Counted from the first letter of the whole stretch, positions 1-10,352 are shown. The stretch: 61,114 bases of DNA, filler included, from Barthelona sp. PAP020 (GCA_040182905.1; 9 parts of 9 records of this genome joined end to end with filler, not necessarily neighbours in it), one strand, 5' to 3'. Notes: generated from the letters alone by a model not told the origin. Translations and numbers: made by a program.

Positions 1-72
1 CAAATTCAAGGCTTTCCCAACTACTCATTTCAATAACACACCGTATATAAAAGCTTTCGTATACCTTTTCTT

Positions 73-106
73 GTACCTAACGTGAAATTGTACCTAACGT
101 GAAATT
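73..106. repeat. 17-bp perfect tandem duplication (GTACCTAACGTGAAATT x2)
   Basis: Two adjacent identical copies read directly at 73-89 and 90-106. Confidence 0.85.
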
Positions 107-189
107 CCCCAACCCCAGTTAGTAAATATAAATTAAAGCCTTTAATTTTGCCCTTTCGTCAAACGTGAATTTTGTCGAGTGAAGATTGG

Positions 190-200
190 AGACTCGATCC
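190..200 (-). promoter_or_regulatory. Extra B-box-like motif GGATCGAGTCT downstream of tRNA-Ile(AAT)
   Basis: Matches B-box consensus GWTCRANNC; 27 nt after the tRNA discriminator; identical 11-mer follows the other two tRNAs. Confidence 0.7.
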
Positions 201-227
201 TCGAGCTTTGTCTGAAACCATCAAAAA

Positions 228-301
228 TGGTACCACTGGGGCTTGAACCCAGGACCTTCGGTTTATTAGACCGAAACACTAACCAACTGTGCTATGGTAC
301 C
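228..301 (-). tRNA. tRNA-Ile (anticodon AAT)
   Basis: Cloverleaf on minus strand: acceptor GGTACCA/TGGTACC+A, D arm GCAC/GTGT, anticodon stem TCGGT/ACCGA with loop CT-AAT-AA, T arm CTGGG-TTCAAGC-CCCAG, followed by TTTTT Pol III terminator. Confidence 0.96.
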
Positions 302-430
302 GTCAAAAAAGGGACTTTGGAATAGAACTCTGATTATTCTTTTCCAGAACTCTTTCATCTTTGAATTGCAAAACTGTCCAACAAAAAATAAAAAAAAATG
401 TAAAAATTTGTCTTGTGGAATTTTGTAACT

Positions 431-2074
431 TTACAAACTATTATTTATGATGTTATGAGCTTCTTGTAACTCCTCTGTTAATATTGAAATTTGAGTATCA
501 GCTGCACTTAATTGTTCCTCAAATTCCTCACGTTGACTTTTCAATTGTGTCTTCAATTGATCAATTTGTTGTTTAAAATCAGTTTCCAAAATCTTTTCAT
601 ATCTAATTGCTTTGTTATCATCATTACGAACAATGTCCAAATTTAAATAACTAAAATATTCATTTTCTTCAGAATTCAAACATAAACCGCTCACAATCAA
701 TTCTTCAATACATGAATCATGAGGTTCAAACAATTTCATCTTGAGTAAATTCAAGATACATCCTCCATTTTGCTTTCTTGACCTATCAATCAAAATTGAA
801 CGATTCTCAATAAAAACCTTTTCCAATTTTTGTTTGATCAACAAATAAGTTTCAGCAATTTCAAAAACAAGAACATCAACGGAATCTCTGCTTCCTAACA
901 ACAGATATTTATTATCAGGAGATATTCCCATTGTGAAAACTGTCTGTAAACCAGTGTTTACAGTGTCCAACAACTTACCTTCAAAATCCCACACCTTGAC
1001 AGTACCATCCCAAGATGCAGTGAATATGACACCATCAACAAATTTAATATCAGAAACCTTATCTTTATGTTCATCTAATACAACCAAACATTCACCCGTA
1101 GCAACATCAAATATCCTGGCAGTACAATCTTCACTAGCAGTCCCAACGAATTTTGCATCTTTGGAAAATGTTACTGCTCGCAATACGTCTGTATGTCCAA
1201 CAAATTTCCGTACAATTTGATTCTTTTCAATCAAACAACTAACATTGTCATAAGATGCAGTAACAACGTACGGTTTGTGATAATCTAATCTCCAAATTCC
1301 TGAATGAGGTCTAAATTGATATTCCCATTTACCTGCTTCAATATTCCAACAACTCAACTGTCCACCATTATTTGAAAACTTACCTTCTCCTAAAAACAAA
1401 AATTTTGAATCGTAAGAAAAAGTTAAACCTCCAATCCAACAATCTTTTGAAGGTAACCAGCCTAAAATACTCCAATCATGAACACTATACAAAATAACTT
1501 GCTTATCTAAAGAGCAAGAAGCAGCTAACATACAATTTGGACTAATAGCAACATCATAAACACTAGAGCTATGCTCGTCCAAAACATGTAATAACTCAAA
1601 ATCTTTAGACCACACTTTGCAAGTTCGATCATACGAAGCAGTAATAAAAAAATTTCCATCAGGTGAATAAACTATGGATGAAATACCACCACTATGTTTA
1701 GCCAAACGTTTTGTAACATTTTCTTTGACTGAATAAGAAGGCTCTCCAATATTATTTGAATGTATAAAACTTGAAAGTGCCATCTTAAAAGAACAGGTTA
1801 AACACTTTTTAATTGAAAAATTAAGTTTCTTTTCACATAAAAAATTAAAAGTATTGTATAATTGAAATTCATCACAAAAACTAATAATACGATTATCTAA
1901 TTCTTCGTTGGTTTCAGGTAATTTTGAAAAAACTTCTGACAAAACCTCACAAACAAGATCATCACTATATTTTTCATTTTGAAAAACATTGAACATCTCA
2001 TCCCATGTCAAATTTTCTGGTAAATTTTGCACTATTCCATCTGCAGTTTGTTCAGAACAGCAAACACCCCCCAT
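431..2074 (-). CDS. WD40-repeat protein with N-terminal acylation motif and C-terminal coiled coil
   Basis: 547-aa ORF; about 7 WD repeats (e.g. GHTDVLRAVTFS...TARIFD, EHKDKV...SWDGTVKVWD); N-terminus MGGVCCS. Confidence 0.85.
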   Translation of the reverse strand: MGGVCCSEQTADGIVQNLPENLTWDEMFNVFQNEKYSDDLVCEVLSEVFSKLPETNEELDNRIISFCDEFQLYNTFNFLCEKKLNFSIKKCLTCSFKMALSSFIHSNNIGEPSYSVKENVTKRLAKHSGGISSIVYSPDGNFFITASYDRTCKVWSKDFELLHVLDEHSSSVYDVAISPNCMLAASCSLDKQVILYSVHDWSILGWLPSKDCWIGGLTFSYDSKFLFLGEGKFSNNGGQLSCWNIEAGKWEYQFRPHSGIWRLDYHKPYVVTASYDNVSCLIEKNQIVRKFVGHTDVLRAVTFSKDAKFVGTASEDCTARIFDVATGECLVVLDEHKDKVSDIKFVDGVIFTASWDGTVKVWDFEGKLLDTVNTGLQTVFTMGISPDNKYLLLGSRDSVDVLVFEIAETYLLIKQKLEKVFIENRSILIDRSRKQNGGCILNLLKMKLFEPHDSCIEELIVSGLCLNSEENEYFSYLNLDIVRNDDNKAIRYEKILETDFKQQIDQLKTQLKSQREEFEEQLSAADTQISILTEELQEAHNIINNSL

Positions 2075-3314
2075 TTCTATAAAAAAAAAAAAAAATTTTT
2101 TTCAATTTTTGCCTTCTTCCAGGCTTTTGAAGAGTTTTAAAAAATCCCTAAATCAAAGATAATTATTTTTTGTATTCTAAATTCGTTTAATTATTTGATA
2201 ATACATTTTAGATTATTTAGATTTGTTCTTTTTTTCTGTTCAGTTCAAACCTTTTTAATTTCATCAAATTTCACAATCATTTATCGATAGAAGTAATTAA
2301 TTGCATTATAAATACATGTATATTTTTGTGGAAAATTATTTATTTCTGGAAAAAAAAAAGAACTGTGTGAATGAAAGAATTAGACAAGAATAATTTTTAT
2401 TTTTGGATGGATAAAACCCCAAACTTGCAGTGAAATTCAATTGTTGTGAGGGGGACTCAAAGTGCTATGTTTTGTTAAGTCCAAGCTGTGCCGAAGTTTA
2501 TTGAGAGATAAATAAATGTCGTGTAGAATCAATTAATTGGGGTCATCAAAGGAATTTCATGAAGGATGTGCTTTACTTGATAAAATGAACAAGAGATTTG
2601 AGTCAATGCTCTGTAAAAAAATCAAACTGAACCATTGAAAAGGTCTTCTGTCAAAAGACATTCAATGAAGCGATTTTGTCAGCAAATTAATGATCAATTT
2701 TTGCAGGACTTCGGGTGCACAAACAGGAAGTCTTGGTGTTGTTTGTCAACATTATATGTCTAAGACCTTAAGATTGTCAACTGGTTGAGTTGGTGACCAT
2801 AAATTGGTTCTTATCTGAATGGTACAACCTAAGTAAAGACCTGAGGACAAATGTTGAGACCTTATAGAACTGCGGTTTTAGTTCTATTTGATTGCTGAAT
2901 GATTGATGGTGTTGTTATATATAGAGTGACTCTCATATTGAAAAAATACCACAAAAACGATTAAAACAATTATATTAAAATTTCCGTACAAGTTGGAAAA
3001 TCTAAGAAGCAAAAAAAACGTGTGATCATGATATACAAAGACAATGAATTTGTCCAAATGATGAAAGGCATCCAAAAACAAGAGGATAGAAGGTTTGAAA
3101 ACAAATTCCTCAAAAGAGTTCAATTGTTTTGGTTCCATTTCTTTGATAGATGTTTTAAGTTGTTATATGTATGGTGACTCTTGTAGTTGAAGAGCAACAT
3201 GAAAATGAATAAAATGACGAATTGTAAATGTGTGTTAAATTAACAAATTGAAAACCTCAGATGCGAAGTGAAACATGTGATCGTGGGATAAGTGCAAAAA
3301 AACAATAAGGAGTT

Positions 3315-5516
3315 TTACAAGTCTGAAGCAATGAATTCTTGAATTGGGACAAAAGGTTTGCTGCCTCTAAAACCACCACACAACAAACGAGTTCCATCAT
3401 GGTTGAGGGCCATGCCATAAATAGTAAAGGGTACACGCACTAACTGCAACACTTGACCTGTTTCTCTTTGAATCACAGCAAATGATCCATCATGAGAACC
3501 AGAATATATCAATGAACCATCTTGGGAGAAGATGATTGAGAATATCCAATTACACTGAATACGATTCTCTCTCAACAGCTCTCTCGATTCAAGATCAAAT
3601 ATCCTAATCGTACCATCTTGATCACCTGTCGCCCAATAAGCACCATCGGGCGAAAAGTTACCTGATATGACATCTTTAAAATTATGATTCCACGTGTGAA
3701 GTTCTTCATATGTTTCCAATGAAAACAACTTTGAAAATCCATCATCGCCGACAAAAGCAAAGTACTTCATGTCGGGGCTGATGCGTACAGAATGAACATC
3801 ATTCATATGTGGCTGAGATTCATACAATCTCTGTCCTTCCACTGTGTATATGGCAATGAAACCATTCTGCATACCAAAAGAAAGCAATTTACAATCTGGT
3901 GAGAACCAAACTCGTCTTACATTCCCTGCCATATCACTAATCACTCTTACTGTTCTCCACGTATCAACCTCAATGATATGAATTGCTGGCCCTTCACCAC
4001 CAACAGCCAATAGTTTGGAGTCTGGACTGAAATTGAGGCCATAAGCCCTCAGACACTCCCCTTCATGCACAATTTCATGTATTTCGGCGTTGTATACTCT
4101 GATTAATTTACTATTACGACCGGCAACCGCAAAAAACCGTCCATCAGAGCTGTAATCAATGGCATAAACACTTGAATCCGGAAAAAAATCATTAAACACA
4201 GGATTTTCTTCAAATTTTTTGACTGAACGAACAATTTGCTTTCTATTTTCACTGAATCGTTTTTTATTATTGTTATTCATAAGGCCATTCAATTGGTTTG
4301 TCAAATGATCGACTTGATTTGTTAATTCTTGCTTTTCATTCATCCATTTCTCCTCTTTAGCTTTCAACTCACCGTTTGCATTCGCTAATTCCTGATTTTC
4401 ATACATCCATTCATCTTTTTTCTCTTTCAATTCATGAACTTGATTGTTCAATTCTTGTTCTTTACACAACCACCTTTCTTTTTCCTCTTTAAATTCATCA
4501 ACCTTCCTTGTCAAACTCTGAACCTTCTCTTCAAAAATTCTCTTTTCCGCTTCCAAAGTCGTAACTCTATTCACCAACGTCTTCTCGTCGAATCCCAACC
4601 CCTCGAAACGCTCAATCAGCATCTGTAAATAATCAGTGATCTCACTGAATGTTGGCCTAGCATCTGCCTCAACAGTCAAACACCTCTTGATGATTCCAAA
4701 TCCAGGCATTGTGTCCAACAATTCGTTGCTATACGGAAGTTGTCCCCTACTCAATTTAACAGCAATTTGAAACTCAGTCAACCCTTTAAAAGGAACAATG
4801 CCAGAAATGACCTGAGCCAACATAACCCCAAATGACCAAACATCTGCAGGCATAGCCTTAATAACTTCTGATTCATCGGCCAATTCAGGAGCCACGTATC
4901 TAATTGCGCCCATCATTGAATTGGCCGAACTTCTACTTGCATCGCGAACAAGCCCAAAATCAGCGATTGCTGGCGTATACGTCCCATCTACTCCACGTCT
5001 CAACAACACATTGTTTGGCTTCAAATCCCTATGCATAACCCCTTTTCCATGACAAAACTCAAGTGTAGACGAAACCTGCATCATAATCACCAACTTCTCC
5101 TTCAATAACAACTCTGATATCATTTCCTCAAGAACTGCATCACAATATTCCATTACAATGCCTTTATTCCTATCAATCTCAGTAACTCCAAAGACTTGTC
5201 GAATAAATGGATGATCCAACACCATCGCAAAACATTCTCGATCAAGTTCATCTTTTTCAATCTTTCTTGTAAAAAACTTAATTATTACAGGTTTTCCAAA
5301 TCTTTTGGCAAAATGCAGATAACTTCCACTTCCAGTAGCGATGTTGTATTTAACTATTTCAAACTCATCTCCAGGTATATTGACATCATTCAATTTCAAA
5401 AAATTATCCAATTTTTCAAAAGCATCTTCGTTTGGTTTTTCAACAATTGTTCTACGTTTCTTTGCACGTTTTTGTTCAAGTTTTTTTAATCTTTCAAATT
5501 CTTCAAAGCTTAACAT
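3315..5516 (-). CDS. Ser/Thr (TKL-like) protein kinase - coiled coil - WD40 propeller
   Basis: First ATG at 5516 (733 aa). Kinase motifs VIIK, HRDLKPNN, DFG, YVAPE, DVWSFG; three 21-aa coiled-coil repeats; about 7 WD blades at the C-terminus. Confidence 0.88.
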   Translation of the reverse strand: MLSFEEFERLKKLEQKRAKKRRTIVEKPNEDAFEKLDNFLKLNDVNIPGDEFEIVKYNIATGSGSYLHFAKRFGKPVIIKFFTRKIEKDELDRECFAMVLDHPFIRQVFGVTEIDRNKGIVMEYCDAVLEEMISELLLKEKLVIMMQVSSTLEFCHGKGVMHRDLKPNNVLLRRGVDGTYTPAIADFGLVRDASRSSANSMMGAIRYVAPELADESEVIKAMPADVWSFGVMLAQVISGIVPFKGLTEFQIAVKLSRGQLPYSNELLDTMPGFGIIKRCLTVEADARPTFSEITDYLQMLIERFEGLGFDEKTLVNRVTTLEAEKRIFEEKVQSLTRKVDEFKEEKERWLCKEQELNNQVHELKEKKDEWMYENQELANANGELKAKEEKWMNEKQELTNQVDHLTNQLNGLMNNNNKKRFSENRKQIVRSVKKFEENPVFNDFFPDSSVYAIDYSSDGRFFAVAGRNSKLIRVYNAEIHEIVHEGECLRAYGLNFSPDSKLLAVGGEGPAIHIIEVDTWRTVRVISDMAGNVRRVWFSPDCKLLSFGMQNGFIAIYTVEGQRLYESQPHMNDVHSVRISPDMKYFAFVGDDGFSKLFSLETYEELHTWNHNFKDVISGNFSPDGAYWATGDQDGTIRIFDLESRELLRENRIQCNWIFSIIFSQDGSLIYSGSHDGSFAVIQRETGQVLQLVRVPFTIYGMALNHDGTRLLCGGFRGSKPFVPIQEFIASDL

Positions 5517-5900
5517 GGTAAACAAAAAATTGGAAATTTTGCAAATATTTTTTTCAACTTTTGTTTTTAGCTTTCTGTAAGATTTCGATTCATTCTTTAA
5601 TTCCAAAAAGGTGGTGCAACGTTTTATTAAATATTTATAATTTTCCAGAAAAAAACTATTTTAAAACCAATTTTGTTTTTTTTCCTCAGGTATGATTTCA
5701 AAAACCATTAAATTTATAAATTTTGACATCATTCGAGATATATTGAATGTTTTTCATTTGAAAAAAGTCTTTTCAATGTGGATAAACTTTAAATGCTTGA
5801 CTTTGGTTTGAGTTCTATATCAAAATGTAACAGACATGCTTATTCTTTATTAAACAAATTAAATGGCAATAGTTGTTAACATCTCTCCAGATAAAAACTT

Positions 5901-5919
5901 TTGTTTCACAATTGGACCA
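5901..5919 (-). repeat. Dispersed repeat, module B fragment
   Basis: Reverse complement TGGTCCAATTGTGAAACAA matches 13909-13927 and 61019-61037 at 18/19. Confidence 0.55.
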
Positions 5920-6071
5920 GTTATTTCCAGGCCAAAAAGCACTGTGTGTATAATTCAACAAGAAATAACAGTGTTTATTGGGCAAAATTCTTTCAATTGA
6001 AAAATTAATTAATTTTTCAAAAGTGATAATTAAAATTAAACAATTTTGATTTGTTATTGCTATTTATTTCT

Positions 6072-6129
6072 AAGTTAATGTTCAATGAACGGAATTTATT
6101 GAATATAAAGAGTTTATCAAATATTACTT
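6072..6129 (-). repeat. Dispersed repeat, module A (diverged copy)
   Basis: Reverse complement aligns to 13751-13847 and 19186-19281, including the exact core CAATAAATTCCGTTCATTGA. Confidence 0.75.
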
Positions 6130-6383
6130 TGAGTTTTCTCAAACCTAATACTGACTCATTTTGTTGTTCATTGAATAACTCATACCTTATAAATATCTAT
6201 TGATTCAAAAAAAAATAAAATAAAATCATTTTGGTATAAAATTAAAAATTTATTGTAATTATTAGTTTTAATAGAATTTTATTATTATATTAAATTAATT
6301 AAACAATGAAATTTTTGAAGGAAAACTATCCCTTTTAAAAATTAGATACACGAGATTTTAAAACACTAAAAATTCGTTAATAG

Positions 6384-6456
6384 GCATCCTTAGCACAGTG
6401 GTTAGTGTTTTAGTCTTATGAGCTGAGGGTCGCGGGTTCGAACCCCGCAGGATGCA
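6384..6456 (+). tRNA. tRNA-Ile (anticodon TAT), intronless
   Basis: Acceptor GCATCCT/AGGATGC+A, D arm GCAC/GTGT, anticodon stem TTAGT/GCTGA with loop CT-TAT-GA, T arm GCGGG-TTCGAAC-CCCGC, TTTT terminator. Confidence 0.94.
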
Positions 6457-6483
6457 TTTTCCAAATATAGAAAAGAGGAAATG

Positions 6484-6494
6484 GGATCGAGTCT
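6484..6494 (+). promoter_or_regulatory. Extra B-box-like motif GGATCGAGTCT downstream of tRNA-Ile(TAT)
   Basis: 27 nt after the tRNA end; extends to 16/16 identity (GGATCGAGTCTCCAAT) with the copy at 185-200. Confidence 0.7.
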
Positions 6495-6617
6495 CCAATT
6501 TCAACAATAAATTCTGAACAGTTATATCCAACTCTTAGGTGTGGGGGGTTGTGGTTGAGATGTTAGCAGCGTGATCTTTCTTTCCCTCTTATATTAAATA
6601 ACATAAAAATTCACACG

Positions 6618-6655
6618 ACAATAATAATAAATGTTTATAAAGATCTTTATTGTTC
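6618..6655 (+). repeat. Short dispersed repeat shared with 34639-34675
   Basis: ACAATAATAATAAATGTTTAT identical over 21 nt, then similarity continues (about 4 differences over about 37 nt). Confidence 0.55.
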
Positions 6656-6781
6656 TCGGTTAGAGTTTGGGGGTACTTACAGCTGAGTCGTTTTGCGTGG
6701 ATGGTTCAGAACACTCTTAAAAAAAAAAGAAATACTTTAGGTGTGGATGGGGCGATTATCTAAATAAAAGTTTAATAATCT

Positions 6782-6881
6782 NNNNNNNNNNNNNNNNNNN
6801 NNNNNNNNNNNNNNNNNNNNNNNNNTTAATTAATTAANNNNNNNNNNNNNNNNNNNNNNNNNNNNNNNNNNNNNNNNNNNN
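6782..6881. other. Artificial contig spacer N44-TTAATTAATTAA-N44
   Basis: Six-frame stop linker; identical spacers at 13651-13750, 20474-20573, 27290-27389, 34104-34203, 40883-40982, 47650-47749 and 54400-54499. Confidence 0.98.
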
Positions 6882-6927
6882 TCTTGAATGAATAATAGTT
6901 TTTTTGTTGCAAAAGTTGAGTTTAAAG

Positions 6928-7053
6928 ATGTTTACAGGTGACGATTTGACGAAATTGGTGAATTGTGTGGGTCTTGCTGTTGTTGGAGTTGTTTTTCTGC
7001 ATTCCTATATGGACAAACGTAGAGAAATGGAGCAGAAACACAAAAAGCATTGA
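6928..7053 (+). CDS. OST4: Oligosaccharyltransferase subunit 4-like small membrane protein (41 aa)
   Basis: MFTGDDLTKLVNCVGLAVVGVVFLHSYMDKRREMEQKHKKH: size, the M-x-T-x-x-x-L...N-x-x-G pattern, single TM and basic tail match the OST4 family; below the ORF-track cutoff. Confidence 0.68.
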   Translation: MFTGDDLTKLVNCVGLAVVGVVFLHSYMDKRREMEQKHKKH

Positions 7054-7163
7054 TTGTGAAGGGAGTTAATTTGTATATTTGTGTCAATTTCAACTTAAAC
7101 AATTAAAGAAAAAACATGTTGATAAATTATCCATTTATTTTTTTATATTTTTGCAAACACACT

Positions 7164-7888
7164 TTACATAGGAACCCAATTGGTTTTTGGTAATTTTTTG
7201 GGTGGCTTGACAACTTTTTCATCATCATCATCGTATTCTTCTTCTTCCTCTTCTTCTTCTTCTTCTTGAACAGATTCAACAACTACATATTCACCCTTTT
7301 GTTCACAGCCATTTGGGAAAATGAACTTTCCTTTTCCAATGGGTTGACAATAGATAGTTCCAGAAACCATATATTGTCCTTCATAAACAATACCGTTTGG
7401 CCAGATGGTCTTTCCATCAACAAAATTTCCATTTTCAAATCTGCCATCCAACACAATTTTGGATTCAGCGAATGTATAACTACCATCACCATGCTTTTGG
7501 TCCTTTTCCCAGTGACCTTTGTAAGTATCTTTGGAAATATACACATAAACACCTTCACCTGATTTCATTCCTTCGACCCATTCACCTTCATAAGAAGAAC
7601 CATCTGCAAATGTCAGTTTACCGGTACCGTGTCTAAGATTCGCAACATAAGCACCCTCATAGATTGAACCATCAGGAAATTTGTAAATACCTTTGCCTTC
7701 TCTCTTACCAGCGGTATAATCACCTTCGTACACAGCCCCAGAGGGGAACTCATTGCGACCTTTACCATGACGTCTGCCCAATTCATCACGTTCACCAGTA
7801 TATGTCTAAAACATTAGTTATTTTTTCAAAATAATAAACAAACACCAATATTAGGGACTTCTTCGGTTTCAGAATCGTAATCACTCAT
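7164..7888 (-). CDS. RSPH1: Radial spoke head protein 1 (MORN repeats)
   Basis: Exons 7888-7844 and 7805-7164; spliced N-terminus MSDYDSETEEVPNIGTYTGERDELGRRHGKG; MORN repeats YEGxW/Y..G.RHG.G; acidic C-terminal tract. Confidence 0.85.
7806..7843 (-). other. Spliceosomal intron (38 nt) in RSPH1
   Basis: GTTTGT...ACTAATGTTTTAG; removal joins the ATG exon in frame. Confidence 0.9.
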
Positions 7889-7965
7889 TTAAAACAATGA
7901 AAAAAAAAATTAAATTCAAAAAGAAAAAAAATGTTCTTTTGTTTATAATTCACACACAATTCAAA

Positions 7966-10352
7966 TCAGAGATTGAGACTTTTGAAATGGCCAATTACTC
8001 GTGCAATTTCTTCAGAATTTTCGTCTGCATCTCTTGTTTCAATTTCCTCAACAACACCATCGATAAAGTCCTTTTTAATGAATGTGTTGCCTCTTTTAAA
8101 ATGATAAACGATGCATTCAAACAAAAACAACAACATAGAAATTGGAACATCAAGTGTAGATTCAACTATTTGTTTCACCCCTTGTTGTAGGGCCTTGCAA
8201 CAACGCTTCTCGTTAAAGTCGACATAGATATAGCTTAAATAGCCCAAAGCATATGGTTTATCAGATGACGAGACTCTTTTGGTCAAATCTTTCATTCTAG
8301 AGCAAATGGAGAGCCTGTTTTCTTCATCCAGCGTTTTCAATGAGCAAATTGTGGATGTGAATGTTTTGTAAATGATCAATAAATCATTCTTGTCAAATGA
8401 TTCTTCTTCAAAATACAAAAACGCTGTGTCCAACAATTGGGACACAAGGGACAAATATCCAATGGAATCAGCCAAATGCACAAGAAGCAAACATTGAGAA
8501 ACAGCCTGCTTGGGAGAAAAAGCAAGCAACTCTTTGATCAATTTTGCAGTGTATCTGAAGATTTTCTTCAATCCATCTGGAACTGGCTTGGCCTTGGACT
8601 CAGTATCAGAATCTGAATCTGAAGCATCAGCCTCTTCATGTGGTTCTTCATTTTTTTCATCTTGCACAACATCCTTTGCCTCTAATATGGCGACTTCGCA
8701 CATTCTGGCAATAAAAACAGGGAGAAGATAAGGCAACCTCTCGGAAACGACGCTTTCCTTCATTTGCTTGTGGAAGAACTTCACAAATCCAATGATATCA
8801 GCAATATTTCCATCGAAGAAACTGATGACTTGCCCGATCGATGATGAATCGGATGCAATGATACCTTCATCATTCCAATCATCGGGTATTGTTGGAAGGC
8901 CCAGATAGGGGTTCAACAACTCGACCAAATGAAGATATTCATCTGAACTAATTTTGAGCCTGGGACCACTGAGCATTGTTTCAATAAATTTGGAGCAAAT
9001 CCTGTGTTGATCGATGAAAGGCAACAACGAGTAGCACTGAATGATGCTATAGTAAGAAATAATTTCCGATCCGGAGGAAAAGGAACCAATTGCAAGAGTT
9101 ATCACTTTTTCTATTCCTTGTATCGTTGCTCTGTTCAACTTTCTACCTTCAAATTGCTTAAACAACAGACTATATGTCTCATCAATGTGTTCCTTTGAGT
9201 CTCCATACAGTTTAAATGTAAATTCACAAAAAACATTGAATATCTTAGTGATGCTCTCATTTTCAATTGTTTCCTGAACCTCAATCACCTCCAACAAATG
9301 GTTCTTGACATCATTATACAATGCCTCTGTCGCAAGCGATTTGTTTTCCATCAAATAGAGGGTCAGGGCTTCCAAGAACTCAGAAATAATCTTGGACAGA
9401 TCAACACTGCCTTCAACCTTCTTGCAGGTGTTAAAGAATTCATTAAAAGTAGAAATATGGAAATCGGAAAATCGCATAACAATGCATTCCAATAGATACT
9501 GCTGCAAAAGTGAGTCTGCTGAAAAAACAATTTCATCCATGAGCTTGGGCAGAACCAATGTCTTATAAAAATCAGGAGTTAACCCATTCAAGTTGCTGAC
9601 AACATTTAATGAGGTACCCAAGAGCTGCGTCAATTGAGAACGTTCTCTCTCACGAACTTCCTTCAATTCCTGGATGACCTGGGTCGGTGTATATTTTTTT
9701 CTGATAGGTATGTTGGCCAAACGAGAAAACAAATTGCTCATAGCGGTAAACGCAACGATTAAAAAATCGATGGAATCTTCAATACCTCCGTAAATTGGAT
9801 CACTAGATGTAGCATCTGGCAAACATGCTCTGGTCATAAGGACTAAATAATACCTCAAAAACAGTCCGTGTGTTGGATGCTGTACTCCTCTAACCAAAGT
9901 AGACATGTCTTTCAAGACTTCTTTCTTAGATACAGTGCTGTAGGTCAGACGCAATGCTCCAACAGTGAATAACAAATACAATCTGGGAACGATATTACCT
10001 GTGTATTGAACATATTGATAAATCATTTCAATAGACATACCATCTTGGATTTCTTCCTCGAGATAGCGGCTTAATACTTGCAGGTGGTCCAAAACTGACA
10101 CAAATAAGGTTCCGTAATGAATAGGTTGTAAAAGAGAATTACGTAGCTCATTTGTCATTTGAATGGCAAATCTGATAGTCTCTTTGAAATCATTAGCTTC
10201 CTATAAAACGTTAGTATACACATTGCACAACAATGAAGAATTACAATTGCCATCATCATTTGGCCAGCGCTTTCATCAATTGCTTGAAGAGAAGCATCAC
10301 ATAACTTCTTTTGATTTTCATTCACACTCACAACTAAGTCGTCGGTTTGCAT
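7966..10352 (-). CDS. VPS35: Retromer subunit VPS35
   Basis: Exons 10352-10245 and 10200-7966; hallmark YQYVQYTGNIVPRLYLL and RGVQHPTHGLFLRYYL. An alternative in-frame ATG exists at 10415. Confidence 0.93.
10201..10244 (-). other. Spliceosomal intron (44 nt) in VPS35
   Basis: GTAATT...ACTAACGTTTTATAG; removal gives GQMMMAI-EANDFKETIRFAIQMTNELR, matching the VPS35 N-terminus. Confidence 0.88.

Noticed and set aside
73..106. CRISPR-like or telomeric repeat
   Set aside because: Only two abutting 17-mers with no spacers; eukaryotic context.
6537..6755. G-rich TTAGGTGTGG motifs (two copies) as telomere seeds or G-quadruplex
   Set aside because: Only two short dispersed copies and too few G-tracts; not found after the other tRNAs in the same form.
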